Made by a program: the position numbers and the translations under genes. DNA of 64,000 bases from Ptychomitrium polyphyllum (taxonomy: Eukaryota), in assembly GCA_973851085.1 (NCBI GenBank), contig OZ316775.1:15128001-15192000 (forward strand). The letters are read 5' to 3'. The notes under the pieces were generated by a model. That model was not told the DNA's origin. It saw only the letters and a list, made by a program, of their open reading frames with translations, and searched no databases. Below, piece after piece: positions 24,473 to 39,383 of this stretch (position 1 is its first letter; the number at the start of each line of letters is the position of its first letter).

Positions 24473-27400
24473 GGTCACTCCTTCCTCGGTCTCCTCTTCG
24501 CTGTAAGTCCAAGATCAAGCAAATTCTCCCACAAACCCCATTTCTGTCACTGCCATAGCCGGCCTGCCGGTGCAAGCCGGTTGCAAGGCTGGCCTTCTAT
24601 TATCCCCGACCCTTTCGATTTCTGCTAATTCGTACAGAAACGTCCTGGCACATTCCAAGAACAGGGCGAAGTTGATGACTATGACGCCAAAAGATCCAGT
24701 ACCAACACGACGGGCTCTCTGCTGACCCCTAGGATTCCCAGGAGCAGCTCACGAAGGTGGAGTGAATTTGACTTCGTCGCATGTAATTCTTTAACTAGTG
24801 AAGATGGATCAGGCTCACTATTCTCAACTCACCTCTTCTCAGTTCCCCAAAAGAGGTACCAGAAAGCAGCTAGCTCACCCTGCATCTCGCAATGTCGTTA
24901 TGCACGGAAAGCCAGCGCTACCTGATGCAGACAGGAGGCGTCGTGACTGGTGAATGCTTGACGAGCAGAAGAAGCAGTAGAGTAGTGGAGCAATTAGGCA
25001 TCGGCACAAGCGCCGTGCATGCACCAACGCCAAAATTACCACCTTGGGCAATCTCTAGGGTCCTCCTCACCTGCATACATCATCTAGGAGTTACCCACGG
25101 GAAAAAGGATGAAAAACAATCAGCTTTGGGAAGTGCCCCGACCGGCGCATGTAGTACGACCCACCATCTGGCACACCTACTTCGATGCACTCCTCAGTCC
25201 TGGCCCACTCGCTGGCTGGCCGTTTCTGACTAACCGCTACCCACTCCACTCCACTCCCTCGCAGTCGATCGTCCTCTAGCGCCCTGAGTCTGCAACCACA
25301 CTCTCCTCACGCGACAGACACTAGAATCTAGATGAACTCTCTCAGCGTGATTGCTGTTCGGTCGATCTCCACGCCAGCACCATCTTTCTCCGCATACTCC
25401 TGATACACCACTGACTTGGTCGCTTCAAGGAAGCACAGCCAGCGGCTGAGAAGTGAGGAGACGTCGCTGAAGGTTAAGTTAAGCTAGCGGTTGATTGAGA
25501 CTGAGGGAATATACATGTGTGAGTATGTGTGTGTGCGTGAGTGTGCATTATTCGTGGAGTCATCGGCACGGGGGTGACTAGTATGTGAGAGTCGTATCGA
25601 GATTCTCTAGTCACGGCAATAGGGGAGCTTGGCTGCAGCGGCCGTGTAGACCAGCAGCCAGACGCCAGCCTCGCAGCATCAGCGATGTCAGGGTCCTGTC
25701 TGCATTCGTTGCCATTCATTGCCATTCATTGCCAGGCTTTCTCCCATCTGTGCCAGGAATTGTCATTCTCTGGGGGGCTAAGTTTAGCCTCAGTGGGTTC
25801 TGTATGCCTCTGATTATGTGCTATTCTGAGCCATATACATTTGTCAAAAGAATTGGTTAAGAAAGTGGTGGAGTTCTAGGTGCAGGGGAAAGGCTTACAG
25901 CCTTGCATGAAATCAGGATTTTTAGTCTCTTTTAGAGGCTGCTTGTGGAGCCGATACCTGTTCCTGGCTTAAGTCATGTGGCTTGGTTCTCCTACATGCC
26001 TAATTGCCTCTTTTGTTTGCCCACCACACTTGAGAATGTTGTGTGAATTTATGGTATGAAGTAGTTAAGGTATGAGTTCTGGTATGTTGGTTCCAGAGTT
26101 ACTTTTATGAGCCGCAAAGAATATAACTTTTTAAAGTTTTCTAACGTTGTTGAAGCCTGCCCCTTTGAATTTATTGTCTCTGTTTGTTGATACAATGGTT
26201 TAAACTTACATTGTGAAAGTCTAGGACATCATTAGTTGTTGCTTTTGGATGTTTGAAATGAAATTCTTTGTTGTACGTACTGCAATTTCTTCCTATTGGA
26301 TTACTTTTATAAGACACTTGTTTTGATTTTTGTAATAATTGGGTCCATTATTGAACATTTTGAATCAATTTTCTTTTTGAACTTATTAATTCTTGTTTCT
26401 ACTAATTTTCTCTACAATACTTTTATTTTTTTATTTGTAATGATGATTGATTTTATAATTGGCTATTGCTATTAAGTATTTGGAATCAATTTATTTTGAA
26501 TCCACCTATAGCTTCTACTCTCTATTTAGTTTCTTTCATAGTATATTGGTTCTAATTTTTGTAATGCTAGTGAAAATTGATTTCATCATAAATGGTCATT
26601 ATAAGATATTTTTAGAAATAAAATCCATCATTAAACCTATTTGATTTGTTTCTTTTATAGCTTGTAAAAGAAAGGTTTTGGAGTTGGTCCAATTAGCCTT
26701 AATTTAATCGTAAAATTATAAATTCCAAAATCATTATTTCTAAATATACTTGAAATTTAGATGGCATTATATAAGTATGTAAGATATACAACTTATAAAT
26801 TCCAACCACATAAACTTGATACAAACCTGCAATCTTGACTATTAGTCTATAAGATCTATAATTTAAAATACAAAATTTGTACCTAAATTAAAACTTATTT
26901 TTTCAATTTGATCTATTAATAGGTGATTCTATTGATGGAAATAAAAAATAATTGCCACTTTTACAAATTGGATGGCATTATAGAAATATGTAAAATAATT
27001 TATGTTTTTTGTTGTATTTTGGATTTATAGCAAAATTATCAAATCTTTGACTAGTATACTTGAAATGTTCTAAAAATAAAATTGTTAAATTATTTTATAC
27101 CTCTGATTTTTTAATCTTCTAGCTTTTTAAAGCAGTCTTCATGATGATATAAATAATGTTGCAACTCAGAAAAAAATCTTTTGGCATTTTACAATTTTCA
27201 ATTTGAAGCTCTTCCATTTTATATTAGTATGAGGTTTAGGTAATCAAATTTGTGTTGGTATAATTATCAAACTTTGACAAACAATATTTTTTGGTAATGT
27301 GTATAAGTAACCTTATTAATTGCTGATTTTATTTCACATTTGATAATACTACCAATGCTATATTAAAAGAAATTGAAATTATTTATTAGAGTTATTAATT

Positions 27401-30400
27401 GGTGGTAATTTACTATAATGATTAGCCTAAGTTTTAACTATATTGAAATTTTTTATGCGGCATGAATTATAATAATGAAATATTTTTTAACTATAAAAAA
27501 GATAAAGAATTTTATTAGATTTATTTTAATTAATCTATTCTTTATGGATGTAACTAAAACATGTTTTAAATCTTGTTTTTATGTTGAATTATTTTTAGAA
27601 TTTAAAATTGCTTATTACAAATATCACAAATATTTTTTATTTATTTTTTAAAATTATTTTACTTTTATTGTTAATTATGACTTAAATTTGCTTAAATGTA
27701 AACTTTGGTGTTATAAGCAGATAGCTATGTTTAGGCCTTTAGCAAGTTTTTAAAATAACCATGTATAAATTTTTATATGTATTAAAGGTCCAATTTATTT
27801 GTGTATTTATATATTGTGATTTTAATCATCTCTTAAGTTGTTCCTTGTTTTTTTTAATTAATATTATTATTAACGATTTGAATTAAAAAAATATATTTAA
27901 GAATTGCACATTAAATGAAAGCATTGTGGAATGAAAAAAAATGATGAAACTATAATTCTTATCTAATGATTATGTTGACCAAAAATATAATTATACCTTT
28001 CCAAGTTAATATCTTTTACAACTTTATGCAACTTATTTGAGATTGCAGTTGTTCAACAAACCTAAGCATAGTTTGCATCTTATGATTTTTCAGAAAGTAT
28101 TGAAATAGAAGAAATAATATCTTATAAATATTATTATAGTATTAAGAGTAAAATGATTCATATTTGCTAAAGATATGAGATAATGAAGAAGAAGTGTACC
28201 TTTTAGAAAAATGTGCAAGAAATTTCAAATGAAGAGGTCCATAATGTTGTGGTAGATTGCAAATAAGAAATAATTGATACCATTATTAAGAATTACTTTA
28301 CAAAGGCTGAAATAAATTACATAATTAAGTTGCATGAGAGTTAGAATAATAAACATTTTACTGGTATCCATAGGCATGTTTTGTGACATATCCAACAATC
28401 TTGTCAGTTTGTTTATAATTTTTTAAATAAATTCCACCACTTTTAAAACATTGCATTAAATTACAAGAAAAAAGAACATAAACCACTAACTTAATTAAAC
28501 AATAGTATTGTTAAATTAAACATAATGAAATGTGTTTTTTAATAAAAATCCACCATTAAAAAATTGCCAATTATGACCTTCCATCTTCAACATTTTGAAT
28601 TTTATATTCTTATTAAATTGATTTTTTAATAGAAACCCCTACTAAAAAGCTTCATTAATTGAAGACCTTTGCATATTTAACATTATTCCATAAGGAATAT
28701 AAATTTTTTTGCAACAAATTTACAATAATCATCTTGAAGTTAGCTTTGCAATACAATATTTGTGCATAAAAATTACATTAGGGAGCTTAGTTGATGCTTC
28801 TTCCCTTCACATTTGAATTTTTTTTTTAATTTTTAGAAAAACAATATTGAAGAAGGTCCTAGAGTGTTTACTTCTTCACACACCTTGTGCTTTAAAAGAA
28901 CAATTTTTAGAGTTGTAGAAGCTTTAAAAGAACTACAAACTAAAAACAACTAAAATAATTTATATCAATTGCAATATTAATATTGTACTTATTTCTTTTC
29001 ATTAGTTTTAGCTCTTTGTAATTTATATATAGATTTGAAGAAACTAGAACATTATCTAAATTTTTGTTGAATACATCATTCTCCATTGGTTTGTTTTATA
29101 GCTTTGAATACTTTTAATAGGTAATGATTGAAAACCTACAATTTTATTGAAAATACAAGCTTTAATAAGGCTTCCATATTAAAATTTTAAAAAGAATTAT
29201 AAAAGCATAATATTACTTGTTTTATATTTTGAAAAATCTACATAATAATGTTAGATTACAAAATGATTTTTTGATTTTTAATAATTATATTAAATTTAAT
29301 ATTTTTAAAAATAATACTAATTAGATGAACTTTTGTAATAAAACCGTTCTTTGACTAAGGAAGGAATATTTTTCCAACAATAATATATTTAAAAATATAT
29401 TTAGTTGTTTAAGTTAGTAGTTGCTTAAGTTAATTATCCATTGAATAGAATTCATTCATTTTGTGTTTTTAGGATGTATTTTTCTTATAAATAATAGTCC
29501 TTAACATTGTATGGCAGAAAGATTATAGCACTTCTAGTTTTAAAAGTGATTAGTGGAGCTTTGGATACCTAGAACTAATGAAGGATTGACTTGGGAAAAA
29601 CTTGGCTTACTTTGGGGAGATTCAAAATTCAAGGCTCTCCAACTACACTTTGTACACATCCCAACAATGCAAAAATTCTTCATTAGTCCAACAAAACACA
29701 CTCTATAATATATTTACTTGCTTTTGTGGCAATAATGAATTTTAGAATGTGTCTTGCAAAATATGTTTGTCAGAACTCCATAAGTGAAGATCGAGCTGCT
29801 GCTTCCAGAAATGGGGCACTCTACCTTGTGTAAGAAGTGTAATATTTCAAAACGGAAGCTTCAGATTGTGTGCATGGTGACCTTCAATACTATATAGATA
29901 TGTACTAGTCTGCCAAAGAGTCCTAAATTCTTGTTCATTGTTCTGGAAGGCATGCAAAATGTGCGAGTGAGAGAACGTAAATATCCTCTGTTCCAACGGT
30001 GCACCTTCTTTGATAGGAATACCTTGCAGAAGGTGGACTCTTTGTGTTTTCATAACGCTGACAAACAAGCTACAAAAGCTGAACTTACCATATATTCTTG
30101 GTACTCATACAAACAGATTTGAACACAATCAATCAAATGAGAGTGTTGTAACCAAACAATTTGAGTACTAATTTGCACCGTTTCTGCACCACTTCTACGG
30201 CAGAGAACTGGTATTGTAAATAATGATTAGAAAAAATTTAGCAAAAAAAGCACTTGGAGAGAAAGTGAAGCACTGTTCTAGTGCTCTTGTTCATGGTGCA
30301 GAATCATTCAGCTGAAGGGCGTAATAGGATAAAATTGCATCATGATAAAGGAAGACTAGAGTAGTTATAGGTACATAATCACAAATGATCAGTATGTTTA

Positions 30401-30567
30401 ACAAAAAACCGTCTTCCCAACGAAATGATGCCAATCGACCTGTTCCGTGCGCAATGGCCAATGCGAGCCTCTAAGAAAATTGCTGAGGATACAAAGCATC
30501 TACGAACATAAAATTTCTGGGATAGAGCACTCTGTACAAAAGGGAAAATCTATCTCTCCAACAGTGA

Positions 30568-32006
30568 TCATCGATCTCTTTCAGAAATACTCTGAAGGTT
30601 GGGTCGCCATATTCCTCCTCGTTGCACTGGGTACAAGGATTGAAGTGAAGCCTGCACAGGAGAGAATTTTATCCCTGCTGGTACCGCTGGTAAAGGCAAG
30701 TTCTGGGAAACATTTTCCTGAAAGCAAAAATCATTCATTAGAAATAAAACCTTCACACAATATAAAGCTTAGTACCGAGAGCCGAACAAAATAAAAAGAG
30801 ATATTGATTTAAATAAATTTGTGAAGTACCTTTCGTAAAACAGAAGACTTAGATAACATTGCTCGCAGCTTGTTGATATGCTTTCCCGCAGCCTTGCTGA
30901 CATCCGAATACTCCTTGAAAACTTGCACAGGCTGAAATGCGAAACAATTTCGATTCTTGTTAAATTCTGTTGATAACATGAACGTTAGCTAATAAGTGCT
31001 GAACAATAAGGCTACGTTACATAAATATGGAAAACATGCAAAACTTACTTGAGTAGGTAGATGCTGTCGCTTCGAGACGGTAGTGTTTGAATAAGTTTTC
31101 TTCCTGCTCGTCTGATGAGCAATATTTCCAGTGTCAGAGAATTCTAACAACACATCTGCACGCCCAACGTAATTACAGAGAAATAAGTGTTCATATTCAG
31201 CAGGTCAGAAAGTTGATCAGTCTGTGGATACAACAAAACACATCCTATCAAACTTCTAGATTTTGGAACAAAAAGTTTCATTACACACAAAATCGTTATC
31301 AGAGAGAAATGTACACTACAACAGTAGGACTAGAAATTGATACAGAAATAAGATTGAATCCGAAAAGAAAAAAGACTCCTCTTATAGCAATCCAATTCAA
31401 AGAAACCGAGAAATCTGAAACAGAGAAAAGACTCAACGAACCATATATGAATATTCAAAGACTGAATGAAAATTCTGCAGAAACAATATATGAGGAATTC
31501 AACACGCCGACATTCATATCCTCTTCGGACGTCAAACCAGAAGAGGATGTAACCCCACTCAAATGGCGTGATATTCACTGAAAAAGAGTTAACAAAACAA
31601 CATCTGGAAGCACAGGAAGTCCAAATCTTTCCCACTTCACTGATTTGGACAGAATTTCAAACGAAGATAATGTAGTATATGAAAACAGCATGGTACGAAG
31701 GATCTGACTTTAGGAACTTGCAAAAAATAAAATAGGGAAGGGGAACAAACCTTCAAATGAAACCAATCGGTAGCAGGACCCAGTGTTCAACGCTGTATCT
31801 GGTGGCAGCAGCTTCTGCTTCTGCTTCACGTGAACAAATGAACCATCGGTAAAAGCGGTCTGTGGCGGAGGTAGATGCGCAACGTAGTGACCTGGATGTT
31901 GTAGCATCAACTGACGAGCAGATGAAGAGAAGTTAAGCTTCTCCACTTTGCCGTCAGGGTGCTCAAGTGTTGCACATGCGGCAGCAACTGCATGGCAATT
32001 ACCCAT
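30568..32006 (-). CDS. PADRE-domain (DUF4228) protein, 4 exons (32006-31751, 31155-31049, 30931-30830, 30717-30568), 204 aa
   Basis: N-terminal MGNC acylation-type motif, HPDGKVE..ARQLMLQHPGHYV, LLPPDTALNTGSCYRLVSFE, and the family C-terminal WRPNLQSISE motif. 615-nt in-frame splice. Confidence 0.88.
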
Positions 32007-34229
32007 CCTCCTCTATTCTATCTTGACTAACAAGTTCCGGGAATGCTTCCTAATTTTCTTGCAGATTTAGCCCTTTATCAACCCTAGAAACTCACGACAA
32101 CACAACAGAGTACTAAAACGTATCAAACTTGGAATCAATCATTTCGTTTAAATGGCAACTGTAGGATCCTCCTCGAAAAAAACTTAATCTTGAAAATGAT
32201 ATCTTCAGATTTCTTTAATGAAGCTCCAAATGTGCACAATGTCCTGACCTGATGTCTAAAAACCTGCGCTTTCACTTTGTTTAATCGACAGTGCACTTCA
32301 CTCCACCACTCACATCAAATCAAGGAAACGTAAAACCCGTGTGCCTCGACTTCCACTCGCCGCAACCTCCCAGATTCACACAACATTTACTTCAATTCGT
32401 AACAAACTGGACCATTACTCCAGGGTACGTGAAATGTCAACTCATTAAGCTAATGTATCAATCGCACTGCAAACCGTCCGGAAACCACATCAAACCCAGT
32501 CGATCAGCACCCTTACTTCCCTCCGCCACTTAGAGTTCCGCCAAATTGGCACCAATCTCAAAAGCGGACAGTTGTTCAGTTGCGCCACACTAGCACCTCA
32601 ATATGCCTACAAGAACTCGGCTCCTCCTTCCCCTTCAAATACCGCAGAAAACACTGCAGTCACACTATGAGCAGTTGAATTGCATTCAATAAGTCCCTAG
32701 TGACACACTTCCTGCCCTGGCTTCCACCTTGCCAACGACGAAGTGAATCCAGTGTCCATCGACTCAATAGGTTCAAGAGGTATGTTTATCGCTTGAATCT
32801 CTCTTGTTTCTTTTCTTCTGCCGCCCAAAGCGTGTCCGCGACCAATCCAAGTCTGCGACAAACTCGGCTCACGCAAGACCACCACTGAATTGGAGGCTGT
32901 TCCCTGTCTGCAGTGGCAAATCCCACGCGGCGGTCCCACTTGGAACATGATTCCTCGGTGCACATGAGCAGAAGCGTAACTTCCGAAATAGACGGTATTT
33001 GATGCACAGAGAGCCGTACGATGGAATTCGAACGAATATGAAGCCGCCACGAAACCATGAGGAGCCTCGTCTGCTGCAATATCTGATCGTGATTCGGAAC
33101 CATCTTGAGGATCGACACCATTTTGCAGGGCACGTCATGAAGTTTTAAGAGTTTAATCCAGGTTTAACTTAAGCTTCGAAGGAGTCATTTGCAGGGTTGT
33201 CTTATTCCATTGCTTTTAATAGTCTTCAAGGAAATAAGTTGTAACAATCGAGTGCCACGATTCACGAATCTGGACGAATATGAATTTCAAGCACCACAGC
33301 ACCACCTAGCGCCTCCACCTAACCCTTAGCACTGTACAATTTATCATGGTTCCTAAGTTAAGCTATTTTAAGACGTCGGTTGGGAAGCTGGCTGGCTCCC
33401 TGAATGGGCTGGTTCACATCCTCTTCTACATGGGACCCAGCTCTGCAAACCCTTCCAGCTCAAGGATTATGGATTAGCGGTTATGGGATCGTTTTATTTA
33501 TGCTTTTGGAAGTTTGGTGGATTTCAAAATTAAAACATTTAAATGAATCAAATTAAACTAAGTTTGTTTCGTTGCGAGAATGTTCCCTGTTGTCAAACTT
33601 ACCTGCAATTCTGTAATTGTGGCTAGTGTAGGAATGACAACTTCCGCTAATGATAACTTGCAGATTATTACCTGCAGAAGACGAGCTTTGGAAGCGCAAA
33701 TTAATCACAGCCATCAAGGTCTTCCAAGTGCGGCTCTCAAGTACAAAGCACAGCTTCTACAGAACATGAAGAAACATTGACATCTTCACCAAGAACCTAC
33801 AGCTTCGCATAATTCAAACTGTCACGCAGTAAGATACCTAATTGGCTCTGCAGACTTTCACAGCCCCATACAAGGTATGAACCTTCCTCGGGTAGAACAA
33901 AACTGGTTGCTGAAGTTTCCTAATCCTGACTTCATTTGATACGCCGCTTATACTTCATCGACCTAAAGTACAGAGTTAGTAGAAGATTTAGTGTAAGCAA
34001 CTCTCATTCTCAAGAAGCGTCAGCAGAAGTACAAGTTAGTGGAGAATACCATATATCAGCAGTCCCACAGGGATCCCTACTCATTAAAACAACTCAAAAT
34101 AGCTAGATGTGCTGACGACAAATCAAGGAAAGATCTGCTTTAAATGCTTCGCTTACGAGCCCGAAAGAGTTTTCCAGGTAAATCCGATGCCTACGGGTAG
34201 ATCTGAAAGTTGCAGCTCCTGGAAAGCAA

Positions 34230-35943
34230 GGGACAGAACATTTTCGTACTAACCTACCTGAGCAAGATTTTTAGCATCAGGCAGTCCAACAAAGTCGTAA
34301 CCTCTTGAAAATTTGTATCATAAACGCTGTAGCATATACTAGAAAACAGAACTACGGTTAGACCAGGAATTGCATTTCAGGTCAATCGTATCATGAGGGA
34401 TCATATTCACCCAAATTTTAGTCTGTCCCTAGACCTATGTAACTGTTAACAATCTTTCTAAAATCGTAAACCCTTGCGTGCATATTGATTCAGGTGTAGC
34501 TAGTTACCTTGAAAGACCATGTCACGATATGCAAAAAATGAAACTATTATCTACATTCACCAACAAACATGTTGCACACAACCCACTTGCGTATGTGTGG
34601 CCTATCATGGTGTACTTGGCAGACCGAGGTTCATGGTCTTTCCAAATCCACAGGTACGGTGGATTACGCAGGGGGTGATCCACGTAATTCCCAAAACAGA
34701 GCTTGTAATCTTCAGGGAGGGAACTCATGCGACTGTATTTTGAGGTATCTACCTGGCCACAGCCATGACGTCGGCAACTGGAAGTCCAAACCAACGTCCT
34801 CTGCTGTAATTTGAAACACCCTCTGCATGTCTACACTCGCATGCAAGAGTTTGTTCATGTCTAATCCGCAGCCCCAATACATCAGGTACAAATGATTGTT
34901 GCTCACAACGAATTGAGGTTGTCGGAAGTAGGTCTCGACCAGTTGAGGTTGACCGATTAAACTGAGCCCCACGTAATTCTTGAAGTGAACTGAGAACCAT
35001 AATTATCCATTGTCCTCGCACACGTTCTCTAGGATATTGTAACTCGAGATCCAGCAATGCCAAGGCTCCCAAGAGTTGTAACAAGAACTAAACAAAATGT
35101 ACAGAAGGCCTTAAATTAGAACAGTGCTTCTAAGTTAGCCTATTCCAATATGTCGTCACAAGGGAGGGTTGGTTGGGCTCTGTCATAGCTGGGTGCTGAA
35201 TTTATAAATGTACGTTACAGCATTCTTAATAGCGGCTTCAGGGGTCAACTGGGTCGTAATCCATAGAATGAAAAAATGTGTATATGAAGAAGACCTTGAA
35301 GGATTTTCAATTCTGCCAACGACGCAATTCATGAGAGCAACAGGGAGGTTGGATGTAGGATGATTTAGTGGGGCTGGAAGACCCCAATTTTACTGTTTGT
35401 AAAAGGGTTGAAGATGCGCACAGAAGGGAGACGGCACAAGTCTTCCATGTATTCGCAAACCAAACCTCCGCTGCAGCCATGACCTGCAGTTGATAAACAC
35501 TCGAAACTCTTGATAAATTCATGGATAGATGCTCTGTGCAAACGTTTCGTCTTTACGTCAAGTATGATCCAATCAAGGTAACCTATCGATTTGTTTACTT
35601 CTGGTTCTACTTCTAAAGGTGGGTTTAGTTCAGCATCAAAATCAAAATCTGCTACCCAACGAGCCACACTGTAAGACTATCCTTCCTTAGCATGACTTTG
35701 CAAACAAAAGCTTCCAAACTGGGACATGGAGATGGGAGAATTCCATCTCTTAAAAACAGTGCAACACCTGTATAAATCCGGCACAGGCAAGAGAGACAGC
35801 AGTCGCTCTAGCATGTCTACCGGGAGCTTGCTCCACACCGCATGGTTTTCCATCATGCCACTGTATGTAACGGTCTCATTCACTGCTGGTTCTAAATAGC
35901 TCGAAGAAATGCGAAATGCTTTTGATTCCTTAAGCCTCGACAC
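34230..35943 (-). pseudogene. Degenerate intronless F-box (FBA/kelch-like) pseudogene
   Basis: F-box VWSKLPVDMLERLLSLLPVPDLYRCCTVFKRWNS is followed by an in-frame TAG at 35679-35677. The frame continues (GCSGGLVCE..RIFNPFT) and then has further stops and frameshifts, with fragments such as QPQFVVSNNHLYLM. The 3' boundary is approximate. Confidence 0.75.
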
Positions 35944-38046
35944 AAGTCATGGATCCTCCCACATGAGTGAATGGAGTTGTAACACTAGTTTCAAATTGAC
36001 ACAACATGATTAGGGTTCAGGTATGTGTATCAGACTTTCGGTGCAGTGTCTTACTTGATTAATCAAATACTCCTGCATTGGGTCTCGGGGTAACTACAAT
36101 TCTGCAACTTGTTGGATTCAGGGGTGACCCCATTCTAGGCCAGGCTCTCTCGACGCCAGTCTACAAGCTTCGTCTCATCTTAAAAAAGGTTTTCTTTACA
36201 AGTCAAAACTGCTGCAGCTCTGAGCATCGCAACAAAATGCCGTAGCATGGCCTACAATAATCAATCCCTCCGTCCCACCCACAGCACACTTGTACACTTG
36301 CACTGAAACCCTTAAACCATTAACTACCCGAAAAATCAACCTCCAAGAGTAGACTGCATCAAAGTTGGTGCATGATAACTAGAGTCCACAATGCCATTGA
36401 ACAGCAGTTATATGGTTTGCAATAAGAGCTAGGTGGAACACACAGCACCATGCGCCTCTCCAAGAAAAACTCCTAAACACAGCAGCCTAAAATGACATCA
36501 AAGTCGTACGAATCTACAAGCTCCAAGCTCATAGCATCAACCACACCATGCATGCATCATCACAGACGCCTTCCTGCAAATTCAGATCAATGCCACACTC
36601 CTGCTCCCTCACTAACTGCTCCGTGGCTCTAATCAGAAAAGCACTCTAACTCTGGAGATGGCGAAACCAACAAACCGAGAAGAGGTCTGGCTCGCTTGAC
36701 ATCTTTGCCTCAGATCCTAGCATTGTATTAGCATCTCCAGATCCTGCTCCCTAATTGGGATCGTCACAGCTGGCAAACCTTCAGTACTGTGTACCGCTGA
36801 TTATGTCAGCAACATGAGGAACCAATACCAATTCCACCTCTTGCCAATCTCTCAACGATATGCTGTGGACATGTAGATACTTGGGCTTGTAAGTACTTAA
36901 AATGGGATAATCCATCCTTTTGAATCTTCTAGAGATTGCTGTAACTACATCTTGATCTCACCTACTGGTACAAAACACATTGTAAAGTTCATGTAGATAA
37001 TGTACAAGTAGGCACTCAGACGAGAAGATGCGTGAAGTGTAAGGGCATGCGGAGTAGTCAGCCAATACAGGCTTTCAGTACTCGCCAGGCTGTTTGTATT
37101 TGGAAAGTAACTCTTCAGATCTCATGAAGGCTGACGAGTCTTCATTCCGGCTCTCAAAAACAAACAGGCTACGATGTTGTGACTTGTCCGCCTTTGACAC
37201 CTACAATAATTATGAGCATCATCTTTGACTTGTGGACTTTGCCAGCTTGTGCCTGCAGGGCATGCATACCGAGCTGCAATGTGTGAATGACAAGACATGT
37301 AAAACGAGAGCAAAACAGGCTGATAAACAACCTCAATTTAAGCCCCATGTGCTCTTCAGTTGTGACCAGAACATTATTGGCTCAATGTGAAGTGGGAATC
37401 TGAAGGATTTTCTTTTGAAATCAAACTTCAAGGGAAATATTTACATTATTATTGTATATATGCTTCATGCAAACTTTCTATTTGTTGATTGTTTTTTATA
37501 ACTACTTTCTAATAGTTATTGAAGTAGCTTTCAGAATATTTGTAAGGGATATCAATAAGGTCAAAGTTAATGTGTGAAATGTTTGAAAGAGAATGTTTGG
37601 AAGTATAGGAGCCTTAAGCCCTATGGGTTATGAGCATCTGTACCATTGTTGCCAACTCAATTTTTCAGTAACAATTTTGAATTTTGTATAGAATAATTGT
37701 TCAATATTGACTTGGAGCCATTTGATTTTATATATGCTTTATAAATGAAGTTTGTAAGATGTAAGGCCTTTGAAGTGGATAAATTCTTATGAGATTGAGA
37801 AGTCTCTGTTAGCAATTTTTGAATTAAAATGTTTCATTTATTAGATATTAATAGTTCCAAAAGCAAAGTTTCAAACATTAGCAAAGGTCTGAATTTCCTT
37901 GTAAAGTAGAATTTTATGTGTTGAAAATGTTTTAATATATTAATAATAAAAATCTTGGTTGATATAGCAATGGAATCATCAAATATTATAACTTTTATTA
38001 TAATGTGACAAAACAACAATTTTGGAACTATAATAGTCTGTATTGA

Positions 38047-38503
38047 TTTAGTGCCTTTTAAATATTCTTTACAAATTTAGTGTCATATCCATTGGCTTAT
38101 CGATTGGCAATTTAGTGCCATATCCATTGGCAATAAATTGATTAATCTATTTCACTTTGGCAATAAATTGATTAAAATGGAAAAGACGGAAAAGATACAT
38201 CATAAAATATTTTCCATCTAAGAAGATTTAAATCTTGTAAATTCTTCTTAAAAGGAATATATAGAATTTAACATCATATTCATTATAATGGAAAATGCCA
38301 AAATTCCAAAATAATCTCAAAGATGAAATAGATCTAAAAGAGTTTAAATTTGTTAAAGATGATTATCATGTTTTTGAAATTATATAATAAGTTTATTGCC
38401 AATGGATAAGCCAATGGATATGGCACTAAATTGATTAACCTATTAATTGCCAATGGATAAGGCACTATTGCAGTTTACTAGATTGATTAATCTATTTCAC
38501 TTT
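38047..38503. mobile_element. Fold-back / MITE-like element built from ATCCATTGGC sub-repeats, with 38-bp inverted arms (38074-38111 vs 38395-38432)
   Basis: Left AATTTAGTGTCATATCCATTGGCTTATCGATTGGCAAT matches the reverse complement of the right arm with 2 mismatches. Extra partial copies lie on both sides, the spacer is AT-rich and there is no ORF. No TSD was identified. Confidence 0.55.
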
Positions 38504-39383
38504 TAAAGGTTTGTATGCAAAACAAAAAGAAATTTTGTAATCCTTGTCCATACTTATTAAATCTACTTTTATTTTTTACTTTTTTACTTTTTATTTTGTA
38601 TTAGTTATTGTTTAATATTTATTATTCACTATTTACAACTTTATTTTATTGTTTATTATTATTATTTTTAATTGTTTGTTATTTATTATTTACTATTTAT
38701 TGTATATTTTTAAGATTTTACAGTTGTTACAAAAACCTAGTTTAAATGCCATTACACCAATGATGTAATGGCTATCTTATTTGTTTAGTTTAATCACTCA
38801 TTCAAAGATGCATAAAAAAGAATCAAAAGAAATATAATATGTAATAATTATTATTTTTAATCTTTAGTTCTATTTATTTTCTTTTCAAACTAACATCTTC
38901 TGCTCACAAAACAAATTTAAAGGTCTTATAATAAACACAAAAGAACATCCCAATTAATATGATCCTCTTTTATTTTTCTACTTCATTAGCATATTTGTCA
39001 CCTGTAAAGAATTTTTTTACAAAAGGTATAGATTTGGAATGTTATGTATAGACCATTGCTAGATATTATAGCAAAAATGATGAGCATTTAGCACAATAAA
39101 CCTTTTATAGACCTCTTACATTGGGGGAAGATACTCCATTACAACATTTAGTGTGGAAAAGAAAGAACATCTAACGCTATACACACAAATACACACAATG
39201 CTTAACAAAGTTTAGCACTTGGAAAAGATTTGGACTCCTGTGCAGCACGTTGTTCACAACGTTGCAGAATCATTCAGCTTAAAGAATGTTGTGGTTCTAG
39301 TGAAGTTCAAAGATGGGAAGTTGTTTCCGTTCACAATATGGGTTTCCAGCAGCTCTTCACAGGGAAAGCAACGCTCTTTCCCA

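Noticed and set aside
33389..33409. TGGCTGGCTCCCTGAATGGGC resembling miR160
   Set aside because: There is no complementary star arm nearby, and 4-5 mismatches (including position 3) make it a poor target site; likely chance.
36500..37310. Possible exon relics on the minus strand
   Set aside because: Short, stop-interrupted frames with no recognisable motif and no consistent splice chain.
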